Assembly: GCF_000143415.4 (NCBI RefSeq)
Contig: NW_003314433.1
Span: 46,928-85,097 of the forward strand
Source of the DNA: Selaginella moellendorffii
Lineage: Eukaryota > Plantae > Lycopodiophyta
Length of the DNA: 38,170 bases
Direction of reading: 5' to 3'
Part shown: positions 34,174-38,170 of the stretch, one piece after another
How the letters are laid out: each line of letters begins with the position of its first letter
Numbering within the stretch: the first letter of the stretch is position 1
Made by a program: the position numbers and the translations under genes
The notes under the pieces: generated by a model
What the model was told of the DNA's origin: nothing
Databases searched by the model: none
The model's input: only the letters and a program-made list of their open reading frames with translations

Positions 34174-34871
34174 TACGGGCGCGGACCATACTTGAGCTCA
34201 CGAGTTGAAGAGTTGAGCTCACGAGTTGAGGTCAATTTTCAATTGTAATTTAGTACGAACATTATAAATTTTAAAATTTTAAGGTTATGGCGAACCTAAT
34301 AATTTAATAACTCTCTATATATTATATAGATAAAAATGTTCTAAAGAACACATTTTGTTCTAATAATTTAAATATTTACTACATGCAATGATAGGGACAT
34401 TTGTTAGAACATAAAATAAAATGTTTGAAAAAAGAGTATTCTTGTCACTTCTTTAAATTTGTACTCTATACTTTTTGGCTAGTAAATATTAGGTTTGTCA
34501 GAATTAAAAAATTATTAAATTTGAAATAAGATTCTATGTGAAACCATATAACCGTTTGAAAGGAAAAAAAATAACCGTTGATGTAAGTTTATTGCATATA
34601 AAAGAAAGACTTGGTTCTTTGTAGAATACATTCTTGAGGGGTTTGTCGTAGCATACTGTCTAGAATTTATAGATCTTCATTCACACTCTCATTCAAAAAA
34701 AGGGAAATACACCCACAAATGTCTATGGGTTCTAGTGTTGGTAATTTTAACTCTCACAATCTTTCTTCCCAGGGCTCAAGGGCTAGGAGATGCAATAACT
34801 ATCCCATTGCACAGCATAACCAAATCACACAGAGAAGGACCAGCCTAGTATCACTCCTCCGGCCTTTTTTT
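34174..34871. mobile_element. Insertion (probable DNA transposon end) in Roco copy 2
   Basis: Homology to copy 1 stops at ...CAAAGACTA|, followed by TACGGGCGCGGACC, a duplicated TTGAGCTCACGAGTTGA and AT-rich DNA; the other end is hidden by the gap. Confidence 0.55.
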
Positions 34872-34971
34872 NNNNNNNNNNNNNNNNNNNNNNNNNNNNN
34901 NNNNNNNNNNNNNNNNNNNNNNNNNNNNNNNNNNNNNNNNNNNNNNNNNNNNNNNNNNNNNNNNNNNNNNN
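34872..34971. other. Assembly gap (100 N)
   Basis: Run of N. Confidence 1.
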
Positions 34972-36639
34972 TACAAGTGATGCACAGAAGAGACAAATTC
35001 TGGCTGCCCTGGAGGAAAACTACCAAAGCCTCGTGGAAGAGCTATATCTAGGCAATGATTCCGAAGCTTCTGAAGCATTCAAGCAGAGGTGTTCTGGTCT
35101 TTTAGAGCGGAATGCAATCTTCCAGCAGAGTGCATTCAAAGACTTTGACAACCCGTCAACAGGAAAGCTCTTCTTGTGTGGTGCTAGCAGGGTTGGAAAG
35201 ACCACAATAAAAAAAAACCTCTGCCGCATTGTGCTTCAACAGCAGGCATTGAGCTGCAACCACTTGTCTATGCGACCACCAAACAAAAGCTGCTCATTTG
35301 CGACCTGGCTGGACAGGAAGAGTTCCATGCTTTCCACCAGTACTTTCTCAGAGGAAGTGAGAAGGATCTCTTCTTGATCGTATGCAAGGTGGAGGATGAC
35401 AATTGTGAGGTTTTCAAGCAGAATTTGGTTTACTGGCTGAGGTTCATCGCTTCACATCAATCAGCCTCACCCAAAAGGAAGCCCAGGGTCTTGATTGCCT
35501 TGAATTTTTTCACTCCAAAATGCAACTATGACCCAAAGGACGTGGTTTCTGCAATAATCTCTGACAAAGGCTATGGGCAAGTACTTGAGTTTGGGACAGA
35601 TCTTTGTTTTGAGGTGGTGGCCACTCGAGTGAAAGATTTAAGGGGGATAAAAACCATGTTGGGGAGTTGCTTGGAAGAACTGCTGTCAGCCCAGCAACAA
35701 ATACCACAGGAATGTCTCAAAGCAAAGAGGAAATTGGTACAAGGTGCCAGTCAGAAGAAGGTCATACCCCTAGACAAAGTTGGTGAAATCCTCTTGCCTA
35801 ACAGTAGTTTCAAAAGTGACAAATTGGAAAAATTAGGTGGAAAAATTACAGCAAAATATTGGGAACACATGGTAGACTTCACTATTTATGTGAATGGCCT
35901 GAAGGAACTTCTAAAGGTCATCAAGTGAAGAGTTCTGAAGGTGTTGAATTGAATATCCCACCAAACTGGCTCGAGAAATTTGCTCCAGTACTTAAATATA
36001 CATTGATCCTATTATTTATTGGGGCCAAAGTTGGAGGACATTTTGCTGGTATTGGAGAGATAGTGAATGCAATAGTGGATGAGATCAAGGGAAGCCTCAT
36101 AAGTTTTTTGGATTCATGTCTTCTCAAAAGCAAGCTAACTAACTATCCCAAAGCAGAAGATGTGCAAGAAATATTTAAACTAGTGACAACTAAATTTGGG
36201 AAAGAAGAAAAACATGAGATAATCATGGAAAAATATTTTGTTCTTCATCCCATAATTTTGGAGGGAAAACAAATATGGGTTTGCAAAGGTATTTAGTATT
36301 TAAGATTTTTGTTTTATCTAACAAACACCATTCTAAAGCAGATCATTAATCTATATTTTTATGAGGTGCTCTAGCAAAAAGAAGGTAAATAAATATGCTT
36401 TATATAGTTATTACTATATATCTTTGGTATGATTCAAGTATATTTTGTAGCTGAAGTTAATGAGGTAAGTTTTATAAAATTATTCTTTCCTATTTATTTT
36501 AATGTTTCAGGTTCATTTCAGTGTTGAATATTTAATATTTTAAGTGAAGGAAAAGCTACCAAATATTTTATTTTTTATCCCATAATTTGGATGATAAAAT
36601 AATATATATTTACAAAGGTATTTTATATTGAAATATATC

Positions 36640-37450
36640 TATAGCGCACCTTATCTCTCTCCCCTTAAGCCAACTGGAAAAGGGGCAATTGCTTGATGAG
36701 AGAGCCCTTAGTGGCTATTTTATCCCCATTTATCCCTCAAGGTTCCAAAGATCCACGGTGACAGTATATTTAAATCTCATCCCATGATCACATGTGTTAC
36801 ACTCACCCCCCTTCAGAGATGTCAATGTCCTCATTGACTATTGACTAGCAACCCCTACTGAGCTAAGGGGAACCAGCACCTCCATTTCCGCACTCAATCT
36901 ACCAATCCTTCCATTGACTATTGACTAGCAACCCCTACTGAGCTAAGGGGAACCAGCACCTCCATTTCCGCACTCAATCTACCAATCCTTCCATTGTATA
37001 GACCAGCTATTCCATGTGAGGCAACTAGTCATCCACCCGTACCGCAGTCCTACGGTGGATACCTTCGTCCGTGGATACTCCACACAAGAGGAAGGACATC
37101 CGCAGTCCCACGGTGGATACCTTCGTCCGTGGATACTCCACACAAGAGGAAGGACATACGCATGGATGCCCAATACGTACGATTTCAAATTTAGGGGTAG
37201 GAATATACCTTGCTCAAGGGTATATTATACTTTTAAGTAGCCACTAATCAATGAGAATCGAACCCGCGCCATTTGCTCCGATACCAACTGTAGCGCACCT
37301 TATCTCTCTCCCCTTAAGCCAACTGGAAAAGGGGCAATTGCTTGATGAGAGAGCCCTTAGTGGCTATTTTATCCCCATTTATCCCCCAAGGTTCCAAAGA
37401 TCCACGGTGACAGTATATCCAAATCTCATCCCATGATCACATGTGCTACA
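36640..37450 (-). mobile_element. Complete TRIM (miniature non-autonomous LTR retrotransposon), 811 bp
   Basis: 162-bp LTRs at 36640-36801 and 37289-37450 (TGTAGC...GCTACA); 5-bp TSD ATATC (36635-36639, 37451-37455); PBS TGGTATCGGAGC (minus, 37286-37275, tRNA-iMet type); polypurine tract on the minus strand at ~36802-36815; empty site present at ~29661 in copy 1. Confidence 0.95.
36832..37157. repeat. Internal tandem repeats of the TRIM: 2 x 80 bp (36832-36991) and 2 x 58 bp (37042-37157)
   Basis: Near-exact duplications visible directly. Confidence 0.9.
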
Positions 37451-38170
37451 ATATCCATGATTTTAGTTTTATCTAACAGAGGCTATGTAGGGCATTTAAA
37501 GTAAATCATTAATTATATATTTTACTCTTCATCCCATAATCCTGGATGAAAGAAAAATATGGATCTGCAAAGGTATTTAACATTTATGTTTTTAGTTTTA
37601 TTTAACAAACACCATTTTAAAGTAGATCATCAATATATATTTTTACGAGGTAGTTTGGAAATATGAAGATAGATGAACATACTTTATATAATTATTACTA
37701 TATGTCTTTGGAATGATTGGGGTATTTTTTTTTAAGAAAAGTTGATGAAGTAAGTTTGCATTATTGCTCTAAAATATTCTTTCATATTTATTCTAATGTT
37801 TCAAATTTATTTCAGCGTTGAATTTTTAATAATCCAAGTGAAGGAAAAACTAATCAAATGATTTCATATTAATGATATTTCAATATGAAAACTAAAATTG
37901 TGAAAGAAATTTACCAAAAGACAATTATGGCCAAATATTTTAATATCCATCCTATAACTTTGGATTATAAAATAGTATGGATTTTCAAAGGTATTTTATA
38001 TTGAAATATATCTAAGATTTTAGTTTTATTTAACAATAACTATGTAGGGCATTTAAAATAAATTATTGATTATATTGATTTTTGAGACTATTTGGCAAGG
38101 CAATGATAAATCAAATGTCCTCTATATTGTTATAGCTATGGCAGAATGTTAGTTTTACTATGATTATGCT

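Larger units (their letters stand above)
33216..36296 (+). pseudogene. LRR-Roc-COR (TRN1-like) copy 2, disrupted
   Basis: Highly similar to copy 1. It is interrupted after 34173 by foreign AT-rich DNA and a gap, has a net 31-nt deletion/frameshift at ~35229 in Roc, and lacks ~1.4 kb of COR/coiled coil at ~35820. Confidence 0.9.
36225..38170 (+). repeat. 3' flank duplicated with Roco copy 2 (homologous to ~29240-30380), interrupted by the TRIM
   Basis: Colinear near-identity with the copy-1 downstream region on both sides of the insertion. Confidence 0.9.

Noticed and set aside
36640-36801. Cassandra-type 5S rRNA domain in the TRIM LTR
   Set aside because: No recognisable 5S box A/C sequence on either strand.

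Overview
Eukaryotic land-plant DNA, most likely a lycophyte such as Selaginella. This is inferred from 50-100 nt introns, ~90 bp intergenic spacers, PPR style and TORNADO1-like Roco genes. The window has two compartments. (1) 1-8.8 kb is a dense block of apparently intact genes: a PLS/E-class PPR protein running off the left edge, a class III peroxidase with a Pro-rich tail, a divergent secreted Pro/Tyr-rich repeat protein, a plastid CAAX/CPBP protease, and DNA polymerase epsilon subunit B, which has two U12-type introns and an upstream E2F site. (2) 9-38 kb is an accessory, decaying block. It holds a frameshifted amaranthin-aerolysin pore-forming lectin; pseudogene fragments of an amidohydrolase, GH3 beta-xylosidase, RPB6, sucrose-phosphatase and KLHDC4; a MITE, a MULE-like TIR pair and a complete TRIM; and a tandem pair of LRR-Roc-COR (TRN1-like) genes, one probably intact and one broken. 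The most striking signal is in the LRRs of the two Roco paralogs. Helical segments are nucleotide-identical, while whole-codon replacements cluster at exposed positions of the LxxLxL beta-strands, a pattern typical of diversifying immune receptors. All calls come from manual reading and motif recognition; no database searches were run.
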